From positions 1,240,001-1,304,000 of the forward strand of contig NW_025765558.1 in the NCBI RefSeq assembly GCF_003918875.1: a stretch of 64,000 bases of DNA, read 5' to 3'. The translations under genes were made by a program, and so were the position numbers. Origin of the DNA: Haliotis rubra (lineage: Eukaryota). Positions 22,721 to 35,280 of this stretch are shown in pieces. The notes under the pieces are model-generated. The model worked only from the letters and a program-made list of their open reading frames with translations, searched no databases and was not told the DNA's origin. How positions within the stretch are numbered: the stretch's first letter is position 1; the number at the start of each line of letters is the position of its first letter.

Positions 22721-25700
22721 TCTCTGACATGTGAACTTGCACTGGACACAATCAAATGAGGGTGCGAGTTTTAACGGTGCTTTAAAGTGTATTATAGGTC
22801 ACAGCATGGCAAAGTGGGAGGAGAGCACAAAGTGACCCAACTTTTAGAAACGTGAGGGAAACACGCGAGTAGGGAAAGGTGTTGCCGGCTTATGAAATTT
22901 AGAATTTTGGACTCGAACCCAGGATTTCAGATCAGATTCTTCAGTTTCATGTCATCGGCATTAAGAAACGTAAATGTTAACAAAAAAAACAACAGCGAAG
23001 AATTCATGCTCCTTGAAGTACTTCTTTGAACAAGAAAGAGTAACTGATTTAAGGAAGATCACTTAGGCTCATTATCGCAAAGTTCTTTGACAAACACGTC
23101 AAAGACACCACGTCTGAAACTGAAGTACTTCGTAGCTGCTGGTTAGAATTTAGTTAATTTATATGACAAGCAGAAACAGACAATCCTCAAATTTCACTTT
23201 TGTTCCATAAGTGTGAATGAAACGGAAAATCAGATCATATAACTATCATCAACCTAAGAGATGAGGGAATCTGTTTAAGTTTGTCATGATGATGGAGTAC
23301 CTATCTACGACGTCACCACTGAGTATGGTTTTAGCAATATCAGATCTATATCACGGCTGGGTACACCAAACATTGGCTTCAGACACTGCACTCATGTGGG
23401 GAGTCAAACGTGACAAGCAAATGCTTTAACAACTGGGCTACTCCACTGCTCCTACATCGTCAGAAAACAAACATTCTTTCTTATTTCTCTATCGGCGGTC
23501 GTGTGGTATATTTCTTATAGATGTGTATAAACAAACAAACAAATAAACAAACAAAACAACCCTAGCTAGTTTCGTCCATCCCAAGGTTGAGAGGTCATAG
23601 TCAATCGTATAGAAGTATTATTCCAGACAAATGAATACACGCCATAATCTAAATCACGTTCTATTTTTATTTTCACATAATTCCAAAGCTATTTTAGATA
23701 TCTGTATGACTTCTCCCACGGGCAGTTTGAGATGGGCGCTTTGTACATGTTACGGCAAAGTTTGGAATGACCCCTTACCATATTCACAGAAATTCTCTGC
23801 CAAAAGCAGAGCAGATTGTGCGATTAAGACTATACCACGAGGGAATGTGTCTTTGAGGGTGACACACCATTGGTCTGTGCCAACACTGTAATCTGTCGTA
23901 TATAGAACGCGCATCCCTTATGAAGAAATTACCATAACATAATCTTTGGCAGGAGATAAAAGATTATTATCCTCTCCTTCCCACGTGTTGTTTACTACTG
24001 AATGGATGATTGAGAAGCCACACTCCTACAGCACCATCTGTGTGACCATAATGTCTTATCCCAGCATATTTGTAAGACTACGTGAACTTTTAACCTGCAT
24101 CAAAACTTTCTAACCCTATGACAAGGAACGTTAACCTTTGCGACCATCGGAAACCAAATAAACGCATCTGTGAAACGCATGTCAGAAACGAATCGCAATT
24201 ACGTGACATTTAGTATTTCGCTTATCAACATCTATTTATGGCACTCATGCTTGTTACCTGGTCTTTCATAAATATAAGCTTTCCGTTTATTAAAATAGGA
24301 GATGTCTGTTTAACGTTATTTTGTCATACCTTTGCAAGATGGGGTGAAGAAGGTGACTGTCAAGGAGAAGCAGCAGGAAGTGTGGGTACGGATAATGATT
24401 GACATTCTTGTGGGATTAATCGATGAAAAGAGAATACTGTATAATAACGATATTGCATGATGATTATGTACCATTCATATTAACTGAGGTTTCAGTAAAT
24501 GAAACAAGATGTTTGCAAACCAAATGCATATTCTGAGGCTATGTATTGACTCAGGTCAGAACCCTTATTAGATATATCATTTGTTGCACAGCTGGCACAG
24601 TAGTGAAGGAAAATGACCCTTGTGTGCGGAGTCGTTATATCTTCCTTCCTTCAATACGTTCGCTCCCGCCTAGTCACAACTGGGAAACTAATTAACAGAA
24701 TTATTGCAATTGTCAGGAAACCACCCTTGAGGATAACAAGAGAAACCTGTTAAAGGTGCAGGTCAAGCATCAAGATATGACAACATTATGTACCAGAGAC
24801 ACTCGATTGGCCTCGTTTCCTTAAGGCATTTTGTCTTCGATTAAGGAGTATATGACGTACCTATTCCATACTGATTAGTGTTTTCAGTATATTCTGGGCT
24901 GAACATCTTGTATCATCACTGTTTGATAGTGATTTATGAACATATGTTCATGATACAGACGGAAACCTCCAATTAACTCCGGATTCCATCCATGAAGATC
25001 CGGGTTAGAATAGGTCTTCAGCAACCCATGATTGCCGTAACAGGCCACCGACGGTGCTGTGTGGTCAGGCTCGATGATTTTGGTGGGCACATGTCATCGG
25101 TTCCCAATTCCGTAGACAGATGCTCATGATGCTGATCAATCGATTGTTCGGCCATTTACAGACCGTCACCACATAGCCGGACTATTGCTGAGTGTGGAGT
25201 TAAACAACAAACAAAACTCCGTATTCGGCAGAGACATATTTGTTGAATGGGTTTTCTAGTTTGCATTTTCCAAAGGGGAGCTGCCTTATAAACATGTGCC
25301 CACCATACTTTAAACATTCTAATTGTCCGTTTTACGAGATGCTGGAGAACCATGCCAGAACAAGTGTGGAAAAAACACTTAATCCCATGGATTCCGCTTG
25401 TCTTTTTCGCTTATACATCTTGTACCCGTCAACATTCTCGTTGTCAGTTATTAAGGTTGTCGTAACTGGAATGTCTGTAATCCAGCTTATGAAGAGTTTA
25501 ACAATTCCATAGGACAATTAAATTAAGGTGCTGGGATTTCTCCGAAAAACCTTATTCTGTCCCGAGAGGAATTTTGTTTTCCACTCGGATTAAATGAACA
25601 AATTAGCAAGTGATCCTCGTGGTATTACGATTTGAAAAAGGAACGTCTTTTTACTGAAATGATCTGTCTCAAAGACAAATCCTAAGACCCATACGATCAG

Positions 25701-28700
25701 GTTTTAAAAACTACCATGATTACTGCCCACACCTGAGACCAAGTATTACAAGAGGAATGTTTACATGAACCTTTTCGTTCCAATCGCATCATTATAAGTT
25801 ACTAGGGGTACAAAACAGGAAATTACCTGAGGGTAACCAATGGCAGTTTCAGTTATCGACTTGGCCCATGGATGAAAGTCTTTCTAAACAAAGTTATCAA
25901 AAGGCCACTACTGGAAACAAACAAACCTTGACCAGTTATGATCCTTGCATATCCGTTAACTATGGTGTCTTTATATTTTTATACGCACGAATAAAACGGA
26001 CAAAATGCATTCTTTGAAATCCATTATTCAAGAAATCTCGGATCAAAGCGGTATGTATTCTACTGCTAAAACTGTTTTGAAAGCTTTACTGGTACCTTGT
26101 TGTAACACTGATCAAACAAGAGTCAGCAGAAGAATGTTTCATGCTCTACTGTACTCTACAATTGTAAACAATCACACTGAAGATATATATCAGAAGGTTT
26201 TCTTCTACTATAAACGTTTTGAAAGCTTTACTGATGCTTCTTCGTGACGCTGAGGAAACAACCTTTTGAGGAAGAGTCGTATTGATGTTTATGAAAAGAG
26301 CATGCTTGACTGTACCTTAAAGTTGTGAAAGGAATTCGAAGACATCAAAGGTTGAAACTGCTGGAATACTAAAGTGATACTGGGTCTATCGAACGATACG
26401 GTAGAGGATCTGTTGCTTATTAGATGTGGTAACGTGATGTCTCGGATGTAATTTCACAACTCAATAGTTGCCTGCTACGTTGGTACAATATATATAACGG
26501 AATAGGCAACATGTGAAACGTATTGGGCTAAACTTCTCAAATCCAGAATCCAGGTAGTTATACGATGGAGTGCTAACATAGCGAAAAAAACTTGTCATTT
26601 ACCTTATTCACAGTGAACATGGTGTAGTAAGCAGAAATGTAATTGTTATTGATTAATAGCGTGTACATAGCGATAACTCGTGCTCGCAAGTTGTAAAGAA
26701 TGCGTTTATGGCACAAGATACTCCGAAAAGCATAAACGCTACTGGACATTTGAAATTAAGGAAAATATTAACGTGCTGTCATTTTTGAAGACATTGGTAA
26801 AATACAATTAACTAACTCGTTGTTGTGGCACTATTCCTTAGTAGTGTTTCAACAGGGATGACAACCGAACATGTTCTGTTAAATCCGACTTCAAAGCCTC
26901 TAATACCACGTACGCTCAAACGTTAATTGATTAGTTCCTGATTATTTTTCATGATTTTATTGACCTAACATACCTGAAGCCTGGAGTCTGTTTAAGTCAA
27001 ACAAGACACCATCGTTCATAACAGGTGAATAAACAGCTGGCTCTGTCTTTGTTTAAAAAAGTATGGTTTGAGTCAAGGTTGGTGTAGTTTAAGTTCTTAT
27101 TTGACAAGTCTGTCACGTATTTGTCACGAGGTTTGACATGTTTACATTTGATCTCATTTAGATGTGTGAGACTCTTATGTCTGGAATATATTAAATGGGT
27201 ATCAACAGGTACGTGAAACAAATTTGGCTAACATCTAGTAACAAATCAGAAACTCTTATTCCTTTGCAGTGATACTCTGCTCATTGTGACCCAGGTCATC
27301 TTCAGATCTTGTCTTCGGTAGTGGAATTCATGTCAATACACAATGTGTGTGTGAATGTGAGTGTGAATGTACAGTGTGCGCGTAAATGCAGCCGTTCCTT
27401 AAAATGCTCAGCGGGAAACTCCAGGTGCGAGACTTAATTATGCCCAAACGCATTGACCTTGACTTGGAATCGGAAGCACAAACAGTTCAGTTATCCATCA
27501 AGGTTGGATTACCGACGGATTATGTTTCTTGAGGCAGCATAGCTGATTGTCGTTTCATAATTACATAGCACATAGCATGACACAGCAGCAACGTCTCCAA
27601 TTCCTGGAATTATGTTCCCAACCGCACATCGGAAAGAGTGACTGCTGATTATGAGATTTCCAAGCTCCCCATTGCTCTTGAATCGCCATTCATTAGAGAC
27701 CCATTAACTTTCCCTGGGGACCGAATGCTCGACAGTATCATCTGTATTCATCCCATGTGCTTGATGACACCACCTTCATTATCTCAGAACTCTGCGAAGA
27801 GTCTGCAGCCGCATGACCGTTGATACGATTTGTAATTTAGCAGAGATTACTTATGGATGTGCGAAGGTGTTTTTCGCTCTTATTTATTGATACGAGTAAT
27901 ATGGATTGTTGAGGTGATGCAGACATATTGCAGAGCTTATTTAGAATCTCCAGCGTGGCACAGTGAGAGTCGCTCCGTGGTCTGGAAGTTTGCCTGTGGG
28001 CGAAATCTATGTCTAAAGTATTAATATAAAATGTTTGCACATTGTGGTCTGATGAGTCAGAAGCGAGTGGTTAGCCGTATAGCGGAAAGGCTCGTCCCTC
28101 AACCCCACGTACGATTCCCAACTTGAGAACAAGGCATAAGCTCCTCTGTGATATTGCTGGAATAATGCTTGAACCGGCGTGAAAATAACTCACACACTCT
28201 CTGAACTGTGTCGTCTTGTCGATTAAATAACCCATGTGCGTACAAATTGAAACTCTTTTCTGGGGTGAAATTTTCGGACAATTCATAAAGCGGTGTAAAA
28301 CAATATTCACTAACTAATCGCTGTGCAGATGTGAGTGCCATCGAATTGAATGGATTATACAACATAATCTTCAGTTATCTATGCTACTGTGAGACAGTTT
28401 GAGCTTATTATCAGTGTATATTTACCATAATATCGTACCAGCTTATAACCGATACATTTTAGGATATTACCTTTACAATTTACACATGGGTCGTTACCAA
28501 TATGCGATATGTTATTAACGTTTTATTATTGCCTCTGACGGCTACATTGTTGCTTCTTATCGTTACCGTATGGGATATTACCGTAACATTGTTGCTTCTT
28601 ACCACTAGATTAGTGTTTTGACCGTTATATTGTTGTTTTTCATGGGTGCCACGCGCGTTAAGAACCGTATGAAAAAGTTGTTGTACAGGCACAACAGGGA

Positions 28701-28779
28701 TTTGACTGCTTCTACGACCACTTTGTACGAGCTCTGTCAAACCCTGGGACATTAAGATTGATTTACACGGTTAAAGTCA

Positions 28780-29080
28780 TTTACAGGTTGCCATGGGGAC
28801 CATCACTACCTTCACGATTCAAACAAATTTGCGAGACAAAATATGTTATTTTCCCTTTGGGTTTTCAGCGGTCAAAACTGCCTCCAAAACAGCTCCAGCA
28901 ATCAAACCATTTTCTACAGAAAGTCCACGAGCAGGGCTCCAGGGAGTACCACACTGACAAACTAGGAATAATTTCGAGAGTTTCCTTGGGATTCGAACCG
29001 ATGATAATGGGTTAATGTCGCTCTGGTACAAGACCACCCATAGGCCTGCGAATATTTCAAGTCTAAATTAAAATGCAGGT
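28780..29080 (-). pseudogene. Decayed F-like N-terminal fragment; copy at ~43280-43530
   Basis: RPMGGLVPERH.PIIIGSNPKETLEIIPSL...EPCS (cf. NDV [35 protein letters not shown]..EAC). After a frameshift, GLIAGAVLEAVLTA resembles a fusion peptide. Confidence 0.45.
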
Positions 29081-29127
29081 GTTACTGTGGCCACCGTGCT
29101 TACTGAGGCACACTTGCCCTTGTACAA

Positions 29128-29237
29128 CGGTTGCTGTTGTACAAAGCGATCTCAGCGCTTAGGTGACCGTAACTCCCATACCTTAACATAGACTTAAGGT
29201 AGTCTTAGCGATAAGTTTGTTTTGTAGAACGGCACCT
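29128..29237. mobile_element. Short MITE with terminal inverted repeats
   Basis: ggttgctgttgtacaaagc ... gttttgtagaacggcacc imperfect inverted ends. Absent from the paralogous site at ~43530. Confidence 0.5.
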
Positions 29238-29299
29238 TGGACACCCTGAGGGCCCCACCTCTGTGCAGTGAAGATCAGCAAACCTGTTGTTGGAGACTT

Positions 29300-30170
29300 T
29301 TCAACTGCTGTAGACTATTTTGACCCCATAATTCCAATAACGCCTTTATGCCAAATTACATGTAAGTCCATTCTCTTCATCATCATTTTGAAGTAAAGTT
29401 TTTACATTTCTTAACTTGTGTGGGAAATAGTCTGTTACGTGATATTTTCTGCAGTCATTTAGACAAAGCAATCTATTGTAAGCTACTTCTGACATTTAGG
29501 TAAATCATAAATGTCGCAATTGTTTACTTTTTACCAAATCGCTATTTACGTCCACATTTATCACACATTGGCACTTGGCATAATTGTTGATATAAAACTT
29601 AGATACTATTTTCCTGCAAATCTATGGTCATAATTCATAAAATACACAATGCCATTAGTTACTGAAAGTGTAGTCCCAAATATAGCTTATGTTATAATTA
29701 TAGAGATAGAGTAAGTGCAATGTGCAGTGTTCACTTTAGAGAATTTATAAAAATGGGCGTCAGACAAAAGCTCACAGTTTTAAGGCTCTCGAGCTCTCGT
29801 GCTACGGAATTGACAACCTATAATACAAGCACTGTGGATAAAGTTTAATGTTCCCAAGAAATACCTCGGTCCATTGAACTTCCCCGACTGTATCATAATC
29901 TTTGGTGTGTGTTCATGAATTTTTGAATCTCATAAAAATGTGCGTCAGACAGTGGTTCACAGTATCCTAAGGGTTTAAGCCTACGAGCTTCCAGCAGGTT
30001 CTTTCGAGCTCTCGTACTAAGGAAATCATAACCTATGGCTGTAGTACTGTTTGTAAAGAGGAATGTGTTTATTAAAGGCCTCTTTTGAAAGAAAGTTAGC
30101 TCAAATACCCTTTTCATATTCACAAGAAAACTTTATAATGTGTGTGATTGTGAATCACGAATTACCAACG
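29300..30170 (-). pseudogene. Decayed HN-like fragment; copy at ~43740-44410
   Basis: RLKPL, TLSVTNGIVYF, GK.YL, then VNSDLV at ~29533-29550, identical to the hPIV3 HN motif TVNSDLVP as recalled. Confidence 0.55.
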
Positions 30171-30369
30171 AATATTCGGGTGCCCCATGCTTGTCGTGAG
30201 AGGCGACCCACGGAGTTGATATATGTCATCATATCCTAGCGGCCCATGATGTCAATCACTGGATTGTTTGGTCCATAGTCGATGTGTTAACAGACTGCCG
30301 TCATATAACTGGAAAACAGATGACAGCTCCAAACAAACAAACTAACAAACACGTAAATAAATAGATAAA

Positions 30370-31800
30370 TATGAATCGCCGCCGAATAGTGATTATGCCA
30401 GAAGGGACGAGTTTATACTTCTCACGAGTAACACAGAAACGTTTCAATTAGGGAATTGCAACGGACATTTTATCACTGATCTAATCAGGAAATATCTTGA
30501 AATAAGGTTCGTTAATATAGTTACTGTGAAACTGAATATTGTAACTTTGATCAAACAAGTTTTTAAGATGAGTCGAATGATGCGATGTGACGCTAACATG
30601 TGATGATTAAAATAGAAAAAAAGCTTTTCTGTAAATCCTACAGTTGGAGAAACTCCGAACGAAAACGTACGACACTCCTTAGACAAGATTATTTACATCC
30701 AGCTACATCATTAGCAATGGTCTGCATCTACACGGTGTATATTGTGTGATAAGACTGTTCTGACCTTTTGGTTGATGCCAGTACACATTTAGCAGAGCTT
30801 TTATGAACCTGTTTCAATGCACACGAGGCTGATTGGCAAGGGACTGGACTTTGTGATGGACGCCAGAATGAATGACGGCAAGACATTTCATTCCTCAGCC
30901 CTTGCGACCTGCTTTGCGTGTGTTTACACATACATGTCCTATATTGTAGGGCCGGTGAATATATGTAATCTGTGTCTGAGACACATTTGCTTGTTATTTT
31001 ATACAAGACTGAGGTTGGTACGCTCGCTTGTGTTATGAGGCTGTAGATACATTACGTGCATCTGAGTAAAGCCTATCTCCTGTATGCTCACAACTTTACA
31101 GTTAAACTGAGAGATGATCTGTGGATAATGTCTGTGAATTGGTTTAAATATTGATAAAAGAAATCGCTTCCGAGTATATCATATCTATGGGTTCTTCATC
31201 AAAACAGTGATGACACCATATGTTCATTTCACACATATTTTTAAGGTGAATGTGAATTAACTTTTTTTTAAATGCACACGCAGGTTGAGCGCCCCTGCAG
31301 TTTGGGGTCGGGCATTGTCTGCTGTACTGCATGACAGCCATACCATTAAACAATGGATGATGTTGTATTCTTTAATTTCTTACAATTACAAGACAAAGAC
31401 TATTGATGTCTGACAAATATTTAACAGGCAATATGAATACAAAGACTCACGACATTAATACCACCATCTAATCCCTTCTTCCTGTACAAGCAGAGGGACT
31501 GTGCCAATACCTCCTTGAGATTGTTTTCACGCTGTATGAAAAAAGTCAGAGACGCCGTATTAACAGTAAGACGATTAAAGAATATTCCCATAAGGTCACA
31601 GGTGTATTTTGTAAGTTGCGTCTGAGGTGTTTGTCTTTACCCATGGCTCCTTTGGGGCTGGGAGCATGAGAGATTGGCAGATTTCAAGTCCAGTCTAATC
31701 TCACTAACGAGGGACCGTTCATGGTTGTGCCCTCAAGTATCACAAGGAAGCTTGCAGACCTGACGTAACACGTACCCTAACTATGACCAAATGGAATGCT
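30370..31800 (-). pseudogene. Two decayed HN-like fragments (30370-31030 and 31150-31800); copies at ~44600-46060
   Basis: PCQSASCALKQ....KCVLAS and QCPTPNCRGAQPAC both match [14 protein letters not shown]. Also TCYVRSASF, FGVSPTVGFTEKLFFY and RSVIKCPL. Confidence 0.55.
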
Positions 31801-31849
31801 ATTTCAGAACAACACGATCAGAGTAATCATCAGTTAAGCAAACAAATAT

Positions 31850-32610
31850 TGTAGAACCATTGTGCGGTGACACCTGAGTCTGGCACACAAAGTCAAGCTT
31901 ACCCAGTTTGTGAAGTGTCAGTATTGTGGGATTCTTAAAAACTATTTCTACCCAGCTTTGGTTGCATTTGCAATATCGTCATGCTTCCTCATAAGTGCCA
32001 TCGACACAACAATTAAACGCTCGTTGTCTAAATTGTTGTCTGTTCAAATGAATCGTTTAGATTTTGCATTCGCCTTAGTAAGTGTCTAAGTCAAAATCAC
32101 TATTTTTCTATCGAATTCTGGACATTATGGCGAAGACTTCGACTGCGATGAATTTAACACAGTGGAGCAAATAAATTCTTTCTGCACAGCTGACTAAATT
32201 TGGGTGAACATGGCTTTTTGATGATATACGTGATGTTTTATTTCAGTACTACAAAGCCGCTTGAGGGAGAATATCCCGATACTGATATGTGCCGCATTTC
32301 GCTGTGCAGAGTTGCATCCCTTCACTGATTCGGGAACCTGTGAGGTTCCAACACCAGATTTGTCCCGACAATGCTACATGGTCTGTAAACATCATATCCG
32401 TTCTTATCAGTTTCGTGTTAATGATAAATATCGATGGTCACTTTGAGAAGGTATCAAAGAGCAATCTGACACGTCGCAGCATAACTGACATATGGCAAGC
32501 GCAGCGTAACTTCTAACAAACTGATGTCGTCATAAACTTCATATTACGTCTCATTCTGGACACTCCTGAAAGAGTATTTATGAGCATATTCAAGAAGTTC
32601 TGCAAATAAA
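31850..32610 (-). pseudogene. Decayed paramyxovirus-like F1 ectodomain fragment; copy at ~46110-46840
   Basis: EVYDDISLLEVTLRLPYVS (cf. HVDTESYFIVLSIAYPTLS), RPCSIVGTNLV (cf. SCTFMPEGTVC), ISEGMQLC (cf. MSPLLQEC), VSGYSPSSGFVVL (cf. VSGSFGNRFILS), in the correct order. Confidence 0.7.
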
Positions 32611-32649
32611 GGTTATCCGCTATTACTAAGAACATTACTAAGACGTATT

Positions 32650-33270
32650 ATTGGTTTTGTGGACGTATTATTTGTGGTAAAGTGTAATACCATTGTTTGT
32701 TGTTATTGCCTCGGATTAATGCTTTTTTCCCTGCCCTTTGATGTTATAGATGAAGTGTTAGCAACAGATGAACATGTAGTTAAAGTAATATTTCCTAATA
32801 TTTCGTTTTCTTTGATAACAGATTAAAGATGCAAATAATGTTTTAAAGGTATTTGCACTTCCTAATTCCCCTGGTTTGAAACATTCTGAAATGTACATCA
32901 AAGAAGCATTAAAATGCATTCTCTCATGTTCTTTGGAATACACATTGATTTGTTTTCTGCGATTGCCAAAGCAAGTGGTCAGCGCTGAAATGGGGATCAG
33001 CGGGCGATAATTATTATTGAATAACATGCAATTAAAAAGAATCCCTTCATAAATATAGAATTATTACTTGAAGGGACTAAAGTGTGTTATGCAGCGTCTC
33101 TTTTTTGTTATACGTGGTTAAAGAAATTTCATAGGACAATAACAGGTTCTTTTTGTGACTAATAACTTAAGAAGCTGTAAAGAAGCCAGTCTGAACGAAT
33201 GTGGATGTCCAGTCAGATTTGCAGAATCTATATATAGGGTGCGGATGGTTGTGGACGTTAGGGTGGACAA
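32650..33270 (-). pseudogene. Probable decayed HN-like C-terminal fragment; copy at ~46860-47520
   Basis: FYIYE, VCSK..KCI, LGSAN and GNITLTTC (cf. AGYTTTTC). Confidence 0.35.
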
Positions 33271-33284
33271 CAAAACCAAAAACT

Positions 33285-34210
33285 AAGCCTCTATATTTCG
33301 AGCTCATACAAATTCAGATTTAAGATGGTTCCAATATTCTTTAGTGCATAGAATCTTGCCAACAAGCCTACTTTTGTTTAAGATGGGATATGTAGAGTAA
33401 GTTATGCTCATATTGTAAAAATGCACCAGAAAGCGGAATTCATCTCTTTTACGACTGTCCAAAATCTAGAAACATATGGTATCAGTTTTCCAATTGGATA
33501 ATACCCGTGAAGGTCCGGGTTAGAATATTGATCTTCAGTAACCCATGTTTGTCGTAAGAGGCGGCTAACGGGATCGGGTGGTCAGGCTCGCTGACTTGGT
33601 TGACACATGTTATCGGTTCCCAGTTGCGCAGATCGATGCTCATGCTGTTGATCACTGGATTGTCTGGTCCAGACTCAATTGTTTACAGACCGCCGCCATA
33701 TAGCTGGTATATTGCTGAGTGGGGCGTAAAACTAAACTCACTCACTCACTCCAATTGGATAAGAACAAAAACAAATATCACATTGAATATCGATAAGATA
33801 AACATGATATTTGGATTCTCAGAGAAAAGGAACGATGTCCTTAATCTCCTGATAACAGTTGTCAAATTTACTCTTTTACAAATGCGAATATATACTTGTA
33901 CACCAAGTTTCGATATGATCAGAAAGGAAATAAGTAAAATTTACAATATGAAGAAAAACAAATGCCATCTCTTCTTGTAATTTTACCAAATTTGTTGGAT
34001 TCTGATCTGATTGCCATCAATTGTTTGATCGATATTAACGTACAACCGACCCTTTTTCCTAGAATGTCATTTGTTATAATATGCTTGTCAATGTGAGATA
34101 CCGCCAAACTCTGTATACGAACGCACGGTTTATATTTGGTTGTCATTTGATGTCATGATTTTGTACCTACAAAACGATGAATTATAATAAAACTCAACAA
34201 CAAAAAACTA
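33285..34210 (+). mobile_element. 5'-truncated L1/Tx1-type LINE (ORF2 C-terminal zinc-binding region) with A-rich tail
   Basis: DLRWFQYSLVHRILPT.LLLFKMG ... CSYCKNAPESGIHLFYDCPKSRNIW (zf-RVT, CxxC-H-C). Absent at the paralogous site ~47530. Confidence 0.85.
33503..33750 (+). mobile_element. Near-intact SINE family A copy nested in the LINE, with 13-bp TSD
   Basis: tccaattggataa flanks both ends (~33489-33501 and ~33750-33762). Confidence 0.9.
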
Positions 34211-34444
34211 AGCCACACTCTCCCCCTCCCCTCGTCCCCTGAAAGAAATACAAATGCAATAAAATTGAATCAAATCATAAAAAACCGACAAACAAAACAA
34301 AAACAAATTCAGCAAACAAACAAACTACTACTACTAATAATAAAACCCCTCACCTCACATATCATGTTTTTCATGTCATCGAGTATTTAAAGTATTTATG
34401 TTGAAAGTAGTATTTTGTGTGCTCGACATCTTATGTTCTCAAGT

Positions 34445-34557
34445 TGGGCGCACGGGTGGCCCAGTTTTCTAAGGCTTTGCAAACCGCTGTACAGGGTTGC
34501 GTCCCTTGGATACACCATAGACCTGTGATCGTGGGTTTGAATCCCGTCTCGTTCCTG
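34445..34557 (+). other. tRNA-Leu/Ser-like pseudogene or SINE head; copy at ~47665-47775
   Basis: ggtggcccagttttctaaggc (A-box-like) ... gtgggtttgaatccc (B-box-like) with a long spacer. Confidence 0.4.
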
Positions 34558-34599
34558 TTATGTTTCCAGGTTTGTCATCATCATAGTCTCGCTCGTAGG

Positions 34600-35280
34600 T
34601 TTCGAGGGTAAACGTCTTAGACCTGAATCAATTCGGTCTTTCCTTATTACTTCTTATGCTTACTCAGATGTCAAGCTATGGCATGAGCGGAAATCTCCTG
34701 CAATCTATGAAACGATTTCTGGGACCTGTGAGACCCGAGGAGTCTTGTATTGGCATAGATTTTAAAATAATCAACAGTTACATGACTTTGGCTAAATACT
34801 TCATTGCAGCTGTTCAACGTACTTCCCAGCCGTCATTACTGTGAAGGAAGACCTGACCGAGCAAATATGGTCTATGAAATACAGTTGTATGGAGAAAAAC
34901 GTTTAAGTTGTCCACATCTGTAGGGACCTCCTCACCATGTAGTACAGCAGGACAATTTAGTCCGATTCAGATCTCCTAATTAGCAGTCGGAAGAGTTAAC
35001 GTAATTTCTTGAAGTACTGCATGAACTGAAGCGACGTTGACATAATTCTTGAGTGCCGTGCTCTCTATCTATGTAATGGCGGTGATGTTGTCGAGTGGTA
35101 AATGCGTTTGCCGTTGGCTACCTCAGGGCGTTTTGAGACACATATAAAAACCATTTGGCCCATTCTTGGAAGACCTCAGTTTCAATCTAAATTGTCCTTG
35201 CAATAAGGATGAAAATATAAAGGTGTCGGTGGATGCTGAAATAAAAAAGACCCAGCAGTACTGGTGACATTATCGTCGGA
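34600..35280 (-). pseudogene. Decayed HN-like stalk/N-terminal fragment; copy at ~47830-48500
   Basis: HAVLQEITLTLPTAN (cf. IYKQVALESPLAL) followed by LNCPAVLHGEE (cf. GCGAPVHDPD). Confidence 0.4.
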
